This document shows positions 26,557 through 36,626 of a stretch of DNA of 64,000 bases, one piece after another. The position numbers and the translations under genes are program-made. The first letter of the stretch is position 1. Each line of letters opens with the position of its first letter. The notes under the pieces were generated by a model, which saw only the letters and a program-made list of their open reading frames with translations, was not told where the DNA came from and did no database searches. Origin of the DNA: a virus; IMG/VR virus record IMGVR_UViG_3300035670_010029. One strand, given 5' to 3'.

Positions 26557-27670
26557 TGAATCAGCTTTGGATTTTGATGATGTTCTGATAGTTCCGCAAC
26601 GATCAACCCTTACCAGTAGGTCTGAAATCACCGTAGATAGAACCTTTCAGTTTTATCATAGTCCTAGAATCTGGACAGGAATACCTATTATATGTGCTAA
26701 TATGAGCTTTTGTTCTTTTGAAATGGCACATCAGTTTGCTGAACACAAAATGATTGCTTGTTTACACAAATATCACACGACAGATCAGTTGCAATCATAC
26801 TTTGAATTATATCCAGATGACATAGATTATGTTTTTGTCTCAATAGGATATAAAAAAAGTGATATTAATCATCTATTAGAACTAAAACTTAAACTTAACA
26901 GACAGCCAAATATATGCATCGATGTACCAAATGGACACATGGATGTTTTTGTCAAATACTGTAAAAAAGTGAGAGAACACTTTCCAGAATCTATTATTAT
27001 TGCCGGTAACGTTACAAATACTTCTTCGACACAAGAATTATTAATATATGGGGGAGTAGATATCATTAAATGTGGCATAGGAGGTGGTAGTGCTTGTACT
27101 ACTCGTTTTCTAACCGGATGCGGTTTACCACAGCTAACCTGTGTTTTACAAAATTCATACACTGCTCATGGACTGCAAAGCGACAATAAAAAACTGGGCT
27201 TGATTTGCTCTGATGGGGGACACAAAAACGCAGGAGATGTATGTAAAGCTCTTTGTGCTGGAGCAGACTTTGTTATGCTTGGTGGCTATTTTGCCGGTAC
27301 TGATCCGTGTGATGGAGAATGGGAATATGAATACCAATGTTCATCTGCTGGGAAAAATTGGTGGCAACCCAACGATCCAGGAGGTCCAGCAAATACAAGA
27401 AAAACCAAATTCACATACTACGGAATGAGTACACATCATGCTCAAGAGATATTTGAAGAAGGTAAAAAGAACTATCGTGCATCCGAAGGAACCAAGATTT
27501 CAGTTCCATACAAAGGAAGTCTTGATAAAATTATACAAGAACTACTTGGAGGGATACGGTCATGTTGCTGCTATATAGGAGCTAATTCCATAAAAAATAT
27601 GTCTAAGTGCAGCCAATTTTGTAGAGTCAATAAAATACACAACAACAACAATCCAATACTGGGAGTATAG
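26540..27670 (+). CDS. guaC: GMP reductase
   Basis: LDFDDVLIVPQRSTLTSRS, GIGGGSACTTR, SDGG, YGMS, YRASEG, GGIRSCCCYIGA. Confidence 0.92.
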   Translation: MTRIVDESALDFDDVLIVPQRSTLTSRSEITVDRTFQFYHSPRIWTGIPIICANMSFCSFEMAHQFAEHKMIACLHKYHTTDQLQSYFELYPDDIDYVFVSIGYKKSDINHLLELKLKLNRQPNICIDVPNGHMDVFVKYCKKVREHFPESIIIAGNVTNTSSTQELLIYGGVDIIKCGIGGGSACTTRFLTGCGLPQLTCVLQNSYTAHGLQSDNKKLGLICSDGGHKNAGDVCKALCAGADFVMLGGYFAGTDPCDGEWEYEYQCSSAGKNWWQPNDPGGPANTRKTKFTYYGMSTHHAQEIFEEGKKNYRASEGTKISVPYKGSLDKIIQELLGGIRSCCCYIGANSIKNMSKCSQFCRVNKIHNNNNPILGV

Positions 27671-27673
27671 TAT

Positions 27674-28738
27674 ATGAACTTGCATATGATGTCACCTATC
27701 GGCTACACCGGATATGGATATGCTTCGCTGAATTTGCTTAAATGCCTAGACAAATTATCTCATAATGTCGGGTTAGTTCCCATTGGTCAGCCCCATATTG
27801 ATTCTGATAATGAAGCACAACTCATCAATAAATGCATAAATCAATCACATTTAATTCCATACAACGAGCCATCTCTTAAGATTTGGCATCAATTTGATTT
27901 ATTGACAAGACCTGGAAATGGTCAGTATCATGTTTTTCCCTTTTTCGAAACAGACAAATTTAATCAAAAAGAAATTTACCACCTTAATTTTCCTGATCAT
28001 ATTATTGTTTCTTCTCAGTGGGCAAAAAATGTCTTATTAAAAAATAACATAGAAAAAAAAATATCTGTTGTACCCTTGGGTGTGGATACAAATGTTTTCG
28101 ACTCTACTATCGATAATAGTCAGAAAAACGCTAATTATGTTTTTTTTACTATAGGTAAATGGGAGAAGAGAAAAGGGCACGATGTTTTAATAGATTGCTT
28201 CAATCGTGCTTTTAAAAATAATGACAATGTAGAGCTTTGGCTAGTTACACACAATCCCTTTTTATCTCGTGAAGAAGAATCCGAATGGATCAAATTAATA
28301 GACAAATCACCTCTTAAAAATAAAATTAGATTATTTCCTAGAATACAAACACACCCTCAACTTGCTGAACTAATTTCGTATACGAATTGTGGTATCTATA
28401 TATCTAGAGCAGAAGGATGGAATCTGGAACTATTGGAATCCATGGCAATGAATAAGCCAGTTATCACGACTAATTATTCTGCCCATACAGAGTATTGCAC
28501 AGTAGACAATAGTTTTCTAGTTAATATAGATTCCGACGAACTTGCCATAGACAATAAGTGGTTTTTTGGCACATCTAATTGGGCTGAATTAGGAACATCT
28601 CAGTTTGACCAAATTATAGATTATATGCAACATTGTTATAAAAATAGAATATCTCATAATAAACCCGGCATAGAAACAGCACAAAAATTATCCTGGGAAA
28701 ATGCTGCCAATCTATTGGCTGGGTGTATTTCTTCGTAA
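27674..28738 (+). CDS. GT-B (GT4-like) glycosyltransferase
   Basis: GKWEKRKG, SRAEGWNLELLESMA, PVITTNYS. Confidence 0.88.
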   Translation: MNLHMMSPIGYTGYGYASLNLLKCLDKLSHNVGLVPIGQPHIDSDNEAQLINKCINQSHLIPYNEPSLKIWHQFDLLTRPGNGQYHVFPFFETDKFNQKEIYHLNFPDHIIVSSQWAKNVLLKNNIEKKISVVPLGVDTNVFDSTIDNSQKNANYVFFTIGKWEKRKGHDVLIDCFNRAFKNNDNVELWLVTHNPFLSREEESEWIKLIDKSPLKNKIRLFPRIQTHPQLAELISYTNCGIYISRAEGWNLELLESMAMNKPVITTNYSAHTEYCTVDNSFLVNIDSDELAIDNKWFFGTSNWAELGTSQFDQIIDYMQHCYKNRISHNKPGIETAQKLSWENAANLLAGCISS

Positions 28739-28749
28739 GGAGATATATT

Positions 28750-29286
28750 ATGCCAATACCCACACCAAACAAAGATGAAGATAAACAGGCTTTTCTCGGC
28801 CGTTGTATGTCTTCTGAAGTAATGAAAGAAGAATATCCAGACAGCAAACAAAGAGTTGCAGTTTGTTTATCTAAAGCTTTTACAGAATCTTCTCTAATCG
28901 AAAAAGTACACAATAATTTATTGGCTAATAATTGTTCCTGGGATGATGACTGGAATGAATTTACCTGGGAAATCAGTGTTTCAGAAATTTTTGATGAAGA
29001 TGGTAATACTGTAGCGGCAGAGAAAAACGGCAGAAAAGTTACCTTAAATAAACCTTTCAGAACTCCAGACGGTCCCAAAAAGTTTAGTGTCTATGTGAAA
29101 AATGATAAGGGCAATGTTGTAAAGGTTAATTTTGGAGATCCAGAGAGATCTATCAAAAGAGATAGCCCTGAACGTCGTAAAAATTTTCGGGCTAGACACG
29201 GATGTGATAATCCCGGTCCCAAACATAGAGCTAAATATTGGTCTTGCAAATTTTGGTCAAGCAAAAAAGTGTCTGATTTAACTTAA
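28750..29286 (+). CDS. conserved phage protein (DUF6321-like)
   Basis: LNKPFRTPDGPKKFSVYV..NFGDP..FRARHGC..YWSC; AAGGAG RBS. Confidence 0.75.
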   Translation: MPIPTPNKDEDKQAFLGRCMSSEVMKEEYPDSKQRVAVCLSKAFTESSLIEKVHNNLLANNCSWDDDWNEFTWEISVSEIFDEDGNTVAAEKNGRKVTLNKPFRTPDGPKKFSVYVKNDKGNVVKVNFGDPERSIKRDSPERRKNFRARHGCDNPGPKHRAKYWSCKFWSSKKVSDLT

Positions 29287-29342
29287 ATACAGTTCTGGAG
29301 ATCCTACTTTATGGTGTATGCTCCATATGGAGCATCACCATT

Positions 29343-30075
29343 ATGTACTACGTATATGGCCTATACAAGAAAAATACAAAATATAAAACTGCTTTTTTGC
29401 AAGAAAATCTATTTTATATAGGAATTGCTTCTTCAGACAAAAATTTCTATTTCAGAATGCAAAATCACAAAAGAGAAAAAAGCAACCCTCACAAGCTTTA
29501 TCATTGCAAAATATGATTTTTTTGTTAAGATTCTTTGGCAAATTGATACCAAAGAAGAGGCAGAAAGCAGAGAAGAATTCTTAATCCGATGGTTTGGGAG
29601 AAAAGTTAATAAAACTGGATTCTTAGCCAATATTCTATCCTGTTCAACTGACTATTCTCTTATACATAAAAAAAGAACCAAAGCCACCAAAAATAAAATA
29701 TCAAAAGCTCTTAAAAAAATAAATCAAAATCATGATAAAATTATTGCTAATAGAGATAGAAATTTAACTATCCCATATGATAGAATTATAGAATTAATAG
29801 AAGAATGGGCAGCCAATCCACTAGAAACACAGCAAAATTTTGCAACAAGACACGGTATTGGTAGATCGAAATTTAAAGACTGGTTAAGACTATATAAACC
29901 AGAATATATTGGTTTAACAAAACACAAACAGCTAGAAATTTTTAATCAAATTTACGACGCAAATAAACCTACCAAAATAGCAATAGAAGACTATGCCAAA
30001 ATAACTGGATACAATATCACTAAAGCTAAAGCGGTGTATTATAGATTAATTAAAAGTATTTTCAAAACCAAATAA
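29343..30075 (+). pseudogene. GIY-YIG endonuclease split across two frames (29343-29516, then +1 frame to 30075)
   Basis: frame A: MYYVYGL..FYIG..R..H; frame B: EEAESREEFLIRWFGR..GFLAN plus HTH-like tail; junction near AAG-CTT-TAT at 29493-29501. Confidence 0.7.
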
Positions 30076-30089
30076 CAACTTAAAAAATC

Positions 30090-30665
30090 ATGAAATCAAT
30101 ACTCGAACTATTAAATGAATCAAATAACATCGAATCAACACCAAAAGAGACAGCAGAGAGTTCATTTGTCGATGAAACAGAAGCTCAAGACATAACAGAA
30201 TACTCAACCGATAAAGTTGCTGAATTACTCAAGCAATCTGTTGACATTCACTGGCAACAAGCAATGGAATTAACTGGACAAGGAGTACACCTTAATAGGT
30301 GGGGCTATAGAAAATTAGGAGATTTATTTTTATCCTATGGTAAAGAAGAATTAGAACACGCATCAATAGCAATTGATAGACTTGAATTTTTTGACATCGA
30401 CTACCAACCTATTTCTGTAACACCAAGAGTATGGCAAAGACATGATGTAAAGTCTATTATAGAATTTAACCTTGAAGGAGTTAATACTGCAGCCAAAATA
30501 GAAAGAGCAGCAATAGCAGCCGCTAGATTATCCGGTGATGAAATGACGTCGCAAATTATTATACCTTTACTAAAAGGTAGTGACGATGGTGTCGCTGAGT
30601 TCGAGAAGATGTTGAAACTGATAGAACAAATGGGTATTGATAATTTCTTAACATTACAGGTGTAG
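30090..30665 (+). CDS. ferritin/bacterioferritin-like protein
   Basis: WGYRKLG..EELEHA..IDRLEFF..LIEQMGIDNFL. Confidence 0.8.
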   Translation: MKSILELLNESNNIESTPKETAESSFVDETEAQDITEYSTDKVAELLKQSVDIHWQQAMELTGQGVHLNRWGYRKLGDLFLSYGKEELEHASIAIDRLEFFDIDYQPISVTPRVWQRHDVKSIIEFNLEGVNTAAKIERAAIAAARLSGDEMTSQIIIPLLKGSDDGVAEFEKMLKLIEQMGIDNFLTLQV

Positions 30666-31345
30666 TGTTGAAAACGCTTTCATTTGTTCAAGAATATTTA
30701 TCTAAAGATATCAACCAAATCAAATATATAGATAATCTTAGACATCCTAGATATCAAGGAAACCTATCAAAAAAAATAGGTATAGACTATTGGTCTATGA
30801 TCAATCCTCCGCCACTCAACGGAGAAAAAGAAACAACATCTGATCTTACACAAGTTATAAAATATGCTAATAGTCGAACTGTTGCAGAAACGACACTTGT
30901 GCTAGATGTTGATAAAGATCCTTTGGTTTTATTTTCAAATTTTATTTCTGAGCACAACATAGATTTTCCATACAAAGATTTTGCCGACATGTATGCTTTT
31001 TTATCAGAAATTATTACAGATTTAAAGTACTACTACAATAGACCTAGGCCTAAGCAGTTAGCTATGTACTATAATCTTAATATTGATATATTAAAAACAG
31101 AGACACATCATACTCCTTCCTATCCTTCTGGACATACGGCCTACGCTAGTCTTATAGCCGCTATTTTAGCAGAAATCAAACCTGAACTGAGTGATAATTT
31201 ATGGAAAATAGCTGGTAAATGTGGTCATTGTAGAGTAATGCAAGGTGTTCATTTTATTGGAGATAATACGGCCAGTTTACAATTAGTCCGCAAGGTGTAT
31301 AAATCGTTAAAAGAATTTAATCAACATATAGACAAGAGAAACTAA
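30665..31345 (+). CDS. PAP2/haloperoxidase-superfamily phosphatase
   Basis: KYYYNRPRP, PSYPSGH, RVMQGVHF. Confidence 0.85.
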   Translation: MLKTLSFVQEYLSKDINQIKYIDNLRHPRYQGNLSKKIGIDYWSMINPPPLNGEKETTSDLTQVIKYANSRTVAETTLVLDVDKDPLVLFSNFISEHNIDFPYKDFADMYAFLSEIITDLKYYYNRPRPKQLAMYYNLNIDILKTETHHTPSYPSGHTAYASLIAAILAEIKPELSDNLWKIAGKCGHCRVMQGVHFIGDNTASLQLVRKVYKSLKEFNQHIDKRN

Positions 31346-31346
31346 A

Positions 31347-31835
31347 ATGAATAGATCAATCGAAATAATGGAAGGCGTATCTGAATTATTAGATAAAAAA
31401 AATATTTCTAGTGACACAGATATGCGTGAATATAAGGAAGACTTTTTTGAAATGAGTCTCGGGTCCATAAAAGCTATAGCTCACCATGCCATGTCTATAT
31501 TAAAACAAGTGGAGGCTAACGACGAAAAAGTAAAAAACAACTTGACAGAAAGCTGGCTACAGGGTAAAATCGCCATAACAGAAGACTATATGCGAACAAT
31601 TCACGATTTTGTCATGTTTGTGTCTGAAGATGACGATAGTACACTAGCCAAGAAGGATAGACCAGGACTTTGGGAAAACATCAGAAAAAAAAGAGAAAGA
31701 GAGGGAAAAAAATATAGACCAGCAAAACCCGGAGACAAAGACAGACCAGACCCCAAACAATGGGAAAGACTAACTAAGTCTGGAATTTGTCACAATTGCC
31801 AAATGTCGCAAGCAGAGTGCTGCTGCAACAAATAA
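31347..31835 (+). CDS. hypothetical phage protein
   Basis: WLQGKI..DY and GLWENIRKKR motifs. Confidence 0.7.
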   Translation: MNRSIEIMEGVSELLDKKNISSDTDMREYKEDFFEMSLGSIKAIAHHAMSILKQVEANDEKVKNNLTESWLQGKIAITEDYMRTIHDFVMFVSEDDDSTLAKKDRPGLWENIRKKREREGKKYRPAKPGDKDRPDPKQWERLTKSGICHNCQMSQAECCCNK

Positions 31836-31872
31836 GATTGACTTACACTTTATTTTTTACAAAGGACTATTC

Positions 31873-32463
31873 ATGGAACAACAGTTTGAGACTCTGCAAA
31901 CATATATTAATCTAGCCAAAAAGACTATTTCTAAATTTTCGCCTTCTTTTTACAGTGGATTGAGAAATGAATTATTGTCTAATGAGGATGCTATAGCAGA
32001 TATAGCGCAAGCTATCATGACTGCTGACTGGAAATGGGATAAAGATAGAACTGGACACGAAGGTAAATCAAAGACGAAGTACTCATATAGGAACCAGTGC
32101 GCAATATGGGCAATACAAACATATATAACTAACAAGTACAAGAAAAAGAATATGTCTTTGTCTCTTGATTCTTCGTATGATAACTCAGAAGAAGTTTCCT
32201 CTTTTGCTGCTAGCATTCCAGACAAGGAAGAGTATGATCCAGCGATTATTGCAGAACAAAACGAGGAAGAGAATAATCTACAGTCCATGATTAAAAATAT
32301 TTTAGAATCTGATATCTTATCAGACAAGCAAAGAGATCAAATATATAGTTATTATTTTGATAATAAGACTTTACTACAAATAGGCAAAGAGTATGGCGTC
32401 ACAAGAGAAGCCATAAGACAAAATATTCAAAAAGGACTATCAAAGATAAGAGCATATGCATGA
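31873..32463 (+). CDS. phage sigma70-family RNA polymerase sigma factor
   Basis: region 2-like KYSY..AIWAI, SLD, region 4 HTH TLLQIGKEYGVTREAIRQ. Confidence 0.85.
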   Translation: MEQQFETLQTYINLAKKTISKFSPSFYSGLRNELLSNEDAIADIAQAIMTADWKWDKDRTGHEGKSKTKYSYRNQCAIWAIQTYITNKYKKKNMSLSLDSSYDNSEEVSSFAASIPDKEEYDPAIIAEQNEEENNLQSMIKNILESDILSDKQRDQIYSYYFDNKTLLQIGKEYGVTREAIRQNIQKGLSKIRAYA

Positions 32464-32812
32464 TATATATATCAATGTCGTTGCCAGCATGATTGATGCG
32501 GTGACGTACTCAAGATTTTTCATATCGGCAGATGAACAAAGGTATGTCTGTCCTAAATTTTTACTACCTAATACTACCATAAAAATGACTGATATTATCG
32601 TAGACTTTTTAAGACAGCATACCAATGTTGAAAAACCAGAAACACTCTATTATGTTTTGCTAAATGTAAAAAAGACAACAGAAACAGAACTTGATATAGT
32701 ATACAATGTTCAATTGCCATCCGATACCAAAATATTATCGTCGTATTATTTAACATCCTATAACATATCAGTAATAAATCCATATGTTAGAAAAGCTATT
32801 CAATATATTTAG
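32456..32812 (+). CDS. hypothetical protein
   Basis: operon context. Confidence 0.6.
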   Translation: MHDIYINVVASMIDAVTYSRFFISADEQRYVCPKFLLPNTTIKMTDIIVDFLRQHTNVEKPETLYYVLLNVKKTTETELDIVYNVQLPSDTKILSSYYLTSYNISVINPYVRKAIQYI

Positions 32813-33200
32813 ATTCAAAAAATCTAAACCTAAAAAACCAGAATTACCACCAGACACAAGTCATGTGTGCAAACTAGAGTTTGGCATTAATAAAGATGGT
32901 ACAGTAGACATCACATGCTATTGGCCTGAATTCTCAGAGAGTAGCTCAACCTCTATTATAAATATAGCTTATTTTTATGCTTTAGCTATACACGCGATCA
33001 ATAACGGTCTTTTAGAAAAAGAAATATTAGACACTTTACAAAAAAATTCTACATATGATGAATATGATACTCTTTTTGCTCATAATGTCGTATACAAGCT
33101 ATATGAATTAGAAAAACAAAAAAAATATCGTAATGGTGACATATCCAAAGATCCTCTAGTATTTCCTTTGGACGTATTTAAAAATATGAGTCATCAATAG
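32784..33200 (+). CDS. hypothetical protein
   Basis: operon context. Confidence 0.6.
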   Translation: MLEKLFNIFRFKKSKPKKPELPPDTSHVCKLEFGINKDGTVDITCYWPEFSESSSTSIINIAYFYALAIHAINNGLLEKEILDTLQKNSTYDEYDTLFAHNVVYKLYELEKQKKYRNGDISKDPLVFPLDVFKNMSHQ

Positions 33201-33234
33201 TAGACTTTGCTTACTGTTATTGATATTATATGGC

Positions 33235-33687
33235 ATGGACGAATACAACCACAAACATTCTCTTGTCTGGCAAAAATGGGTCGATCCATTTGGGGGCGAT
33301 GATCTAGACACAATCAACATTCCTCCACCTAGCGATATTGGCGATTTTGATGATGATATAGGTATGTCAGATTTGGACGAATCAGAAATAGACCATATTG
33401 ATCAACCAATACATAAAAGTACCAAAGTTATTATGACTCCACTGGGTCTCATTCCATACAATGAAAATACAGCATCTAGCAAAATTTTTAATTTTTGGAC
33501 AGGACATACAAATTTTAATCTGTCTGCTCCTATTGTTGGTATCATTCAAGCATCTGACGGTGTAGAAGCTCTTGACGTATTTACTCGTTATAGATTCAGA
33601 ATAGCTATTGGTCAATTGTTTGATCCTGCCATGGTGATGTCTACAATTACGAGCAATGTTTATTCCTATCTACAAAAAGAAAAATAA
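33235..33687 (+). CDS. hypothetical protein
   Basis: WQKWVDP..FWTGHTNF..TRYRFRIAIG; TAGACT-17 nt-TATTAT just upstream. Confidence 0.7.
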   Translation: MDEYNHKHSLVWQKWVDPFGGDDLDTINIPPPSDIGDFDDDIGMSDLDESEIDHIDQPIHKSTKVIMTPLGLIPYNENTASSKIFNFWTGHTNFNLSAPIVGIIQASDGVEALDVFTRYRFRIAIGQLFDPAMVMSTITSNVYSYLQKEK

Positions 33688-33689
33688 AT

Positions 33690-34367
33690 ATGGTATCTAA
33701 TATAGATAGAGATAATGACATATACAATATTCATACTTTTGGTTTAGATACCAAAAATAGAGAAATTTATTTACATTCCTATATAGACACAGCAGAAGAA
33801 GAAGGCGTTGAGTATCGCCCAGCTATTATGTTTGAAAAAAATGTAAGATATCTCAATACTTTTGCTGACGATCCCATTTTAGTGCATATGCATTTACCGG
33901 GAGGTGTTTGGGAAGACTGTTTTGCAATGTTTGATACTATCACAACATCTAAATCTCCTATAGTTATATTGGCCTATGCTAAAGTAGAATCTGCTAGTAG
34001 CGTATTGCTACAAGCAGCACATCACAGAGTACTTATGCCCAATGCTCATGTTTTGATACATTACGGATCTTTAAGTATAGACAATGAACATAAAGCTGCT
34101 ATGAGCAGTTTAGCTTGGAGCGAAAAAGAGTCTCAGAAAATGATAGATATTTTTACAGAACGATGTGTTTACAGTCCGATGGCTAGTGTTAAGAATTGGA
34201 AAAAAATGATGGTTAGAAAACACATTCTCTCACAGTTGGCAAATAAGAGCGATTGGATATTAACATCCCACGAAGCCGTAGAATATGGTTTTGCTGACGG
34301 TGTATTAGGAGATAAGAATCATCCTAATATCGACAGCTTAAAACTATTTAAGAAAAAGAAAAAATGA
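33690..34367 (+). CDS. clpP: ClpP-like (S14) protease
   Basis: REIYL, PGG, ESASS, LMPNAHVLIH, DWIL..EAVEYGFAD. Confidence 0.85.
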   Translation: MVSNIDRDNDIYNIHTFGLDTKNREIYLHSYIDTAEEEGVEYRPAIMFEKNVRYLNTFADDPILVHMHLPGGVWEDCFAMFDTITTSKSPIVILAYAKVESASSVLLQAAHHRVLMPNAHVLIHYGSLSIDNEHKAAMSSLAWSEKESQKMIDIFTERCVYSPMASVKNWKKMMVRKHILSQLANKSDWILTSHEAVEYGFADGVLGDKNHPNIDSLKLFKKKKK

Positions 34368-35041
34368 AGCTATTAGAATACGGTTACTATGATTTTGCTA
34401 GCAATGAGCACGAAACCAAAGAATATATTACTAAAGCAATAAAGTATAAGCCAAACAGCATATTTGTATTACCGTACTATGCTAAACTTTCAAAAAATGT
34501 CCTAAAAGACACATTAATAAATGTAGGCACCACTATCGACTACCCATTTGGGTTATCCGACTTTAAAAGCAGAAATATGGCTGTAGAAACAGCCATTAAA
34601 TCTGGTATTGATATCATAGAGATGATAGCACCAACAAATTTATTATGCAATAGAAAATACGATAAATTTAGAGACGACGTAAGTTACCATAGAGATTTAT
34701 GTGTAAATGCTGGTGTCGAACTGAGATACACATTAGATTATAGAGTATTTACCCTAGATTTACTATATAAGATTGCGCAAATCCTCGTAGGACATAGAAT
34801 ATATACTGTATATCCATCCAGCAACTACTTTTTAGATAATTTGTCCGACAATATCCTAGCATCCGCCCTGATTAATAAAAAAGTGGTCGATTTAAATATT
34901 GTTGTTAATGGTAATGCCTGGACCGACAAACACGTAGATTTACTACTAAGTCATAAACAAATTTATGGTTATAAAACCAATAATCTCTACATTTTAGAAA
35001 ACATTAGTCATAAAATACAACAGATTAATATAGAATCTTAG
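34364..35041 (+). CDS. DeoC-like aldolase fold protein, probably degenerate
   Basis: TTIDYPFG, ETAIKSGIDIIEM; no KTSTG lysine motif. Confidence 0.7.
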   Translation: MKLLEYGYYDFASNEHETKEYITKAIKYKPNSIFVLPYYAKLSKNVLKDTLINVGTTIDYPFGLSDFKSRNMAVETAIKSGIDIIEMIAPTNLLCNRKYDKFRDDVSYHRDLCVNAGVELRYTLDYRVFTLDLLYKIAQILVGHRIYTVYPSSNYFLDNLSDNILASALINKKVVDLNIVVNGNAWTDKHVDLLLSHKQIYGYKTNNLYILENISHKIQQINIES

Positions 35042-35095
35042 CATTTTGGGGTATAGAAAAATGACTATTTCTCACTTTTAAATCTGGAGACCACA

Positions 35096-35644
35096 ATGGC
35101 TGCAATTCAACAAAATGGCTCTGCCGTAACAGGCACCTATTATTCTGGAACATCTACAAAAAATAATCATGGTACAGCCGTCAATGCTGGGGCTAAATCC
35201 ACACTACTAGACAATAAGGCTTTGGGTGGTTCCAACGTCGGCGTATTTGGTTCAACACCAAACGACGGAGATCATGCTGACAAGGCCGTATCAGCAGGTG
35301 AATTTGCTCACGACCATGTTAAGCCCATCACTATGAAGGTAACAAAGGATATTGCTGGTGTTGCCAGTGATGTTCTATCAACAACATCAAGTCGTCCCGG
35401 TTTGCGTCGTAGTATTCATAAACTAGAAGTTTTACGAACCAATAAGATTACTAGTGGCATACGAGCTAATAAATATAACAGATTTACTGGTAGTTGGGAT
35501 TCCGGATATCCTCAAGTTAGTGTTGATACACTAGCAGAAGATTCGGCAGCAAACCCATCACTAGATGTTCCTGGTCAATTAACCTACAAACTAGGTCAAC
35601 CAGTACCAGTTAGTGACAATGATTATAAAGCCAAGACCAATTGA
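35096..35644 (+). CDS. putative abundant virion protein
   Basis: G/S/T/A-rich; own GGGGTAT motif, GGAG RBS and strong downstream hairpin. Confidence 0.6.
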   Translation: MAAIQQNGSAVTGTYYSGTSTKNNHGTAVNAGAKSTLLDNKALGGSNVGVFGSTPNDGDHADKAVSAGEFAHDHVKPITMKVTKDIAGVASDVLSTTSSRPGLRRSIHKLEVLRTNKITSGIRANKYNRFTGSWDSGYPQVSVDTLAEDSAANPSLDVPGQLTYKLGQPVPVSDNDYKAKTN

Positions 35645-35676
35645 TCACACTATCAAAAATTTGTTTATGGTTCGCT

Positions 35677-35710
35677 CAAAGCCAATGATGCGAGAGTGTC
35701 GTTGGCTTTG
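35677..35710 (+). terminator. strong stem-loop (terminator or 3' stabiliser)
   Basis: CAAAGCCAATGATGC-GAGA-GTGTCGTTGGCTTTG followed by TTCACTT. Confidence 0.7.
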
Positions 35711-35747
35711 TTCACTTCCTAATCAATAGAAAGAGCAAAATACTACT

Positions 35748-36065
35748 ATGTCAGAAACTATTATACATTTCTGGGAAAGTGTTGCCAGTGCGGCAATTGG
35801 TATTATAGTTACTATGGCTGGTTTTTGGGTTATGATAGGAAGAAATATGGCCACAAAAGCAGAAGTTTTACATATGATAGAACATCAGAGCCCATATGTT
35901 CATGATCGTCAATTTATTATGGAAAGGCTGAATAGCGGAAAAGAAAGTCAACTAGCGTTCGCTACTGCTTTACAAAGAAATACAGAGGTAATGAACGAAC
36001 TTAAAATACAGATTGCAATGCTAAGCAAAACATTAGAAACACTAGAAGAAAGAATAGAGAGGTAA
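35748..36065 (+). CDS. TM plus coiled-coil protein
   Basis: N-terminal TM, C-terminal heptads. Confidence 0.65.
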   Translation: MSETIIHFWESVASAAIGIIVTMAGFWVMIGRNMATKAEVLHMIEHQSPYVHDRQFIMERLNSGKESQLAFATALQRNTEVMNELKIQIAMLSKTLETLEERIER

Positions 36066-36068
36066 TAA

Positions 36069-36263
36069 ATGGCTGCCGATATAACAAAAGCAAAAAATAG
36101 TAATCCTATAAAAAATGGTACCTTAGTAACAACCACCTCCGTTCCAGGTTTTTATAGTCAGTCTGATCTTTATGTAAAAAACACTCCAACTATTAGTGAT
36201 ATTCAGACTAAGTATGATGAAAGATTCGATGATCCTAGCTATTATCATGGTAATAATACATAG
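36069..36263 (+). CDS. hypothetical protein
   Basis: GAGG RBS. Confidence 0.6.
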   Translation: MAADITKAKNSNPIKNGTLVTTTSVPGFYSQSDLYVKNTPTISDIQTKYDERFDDPSYYHGNNT

Positions 36264-36275
36264 GGGGCTTAATAA

Positions 36276-36626
36276 ATGAAACCAGGTTATCGCACAACAG
36301 AATTTTGGTTTACATTAGTTAGCTTTGTTTTTAGTGGTTTATATTTAATTGGAATAATAGGAGATCCATCACAAAAAGAAGAACTAATTTCCACAGTCAG
36401 TCATGCAGTAGAATCGTGTATATTAATAGGAGGACAATTTGTTATTCTATATAAGTATATAAACAGTAGAAATCAAGAAAAATTAGTCCATGACACCAAA
36501 CCCCAGGCTCCTATAATAGATAAGGAGAAAACAAATGACAAACCACGAACTAATAAAAAACGAACTAGAAAAACTAATCAACCAAGCAAAAGAAAGCCTA
36601 GCAGCCGTAAAAAGACTAGCAGTTAA
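36276..36626 (+). CDS. holin-like membrane protein
   Basis: KPGYRTTEFW, two TMs, basic tail. Confidence 0.5.
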   Translation: MKPGYRTTEFWFTLVSFVFSGLYLIGIIGDPSQKEELISTVSHAVESCILIGGQFVILYKYINSRNQEKLVHDTKPQAPIIDKEKTNDKPRTNKKRTRKTNQPSKRKPSSRKKTSS

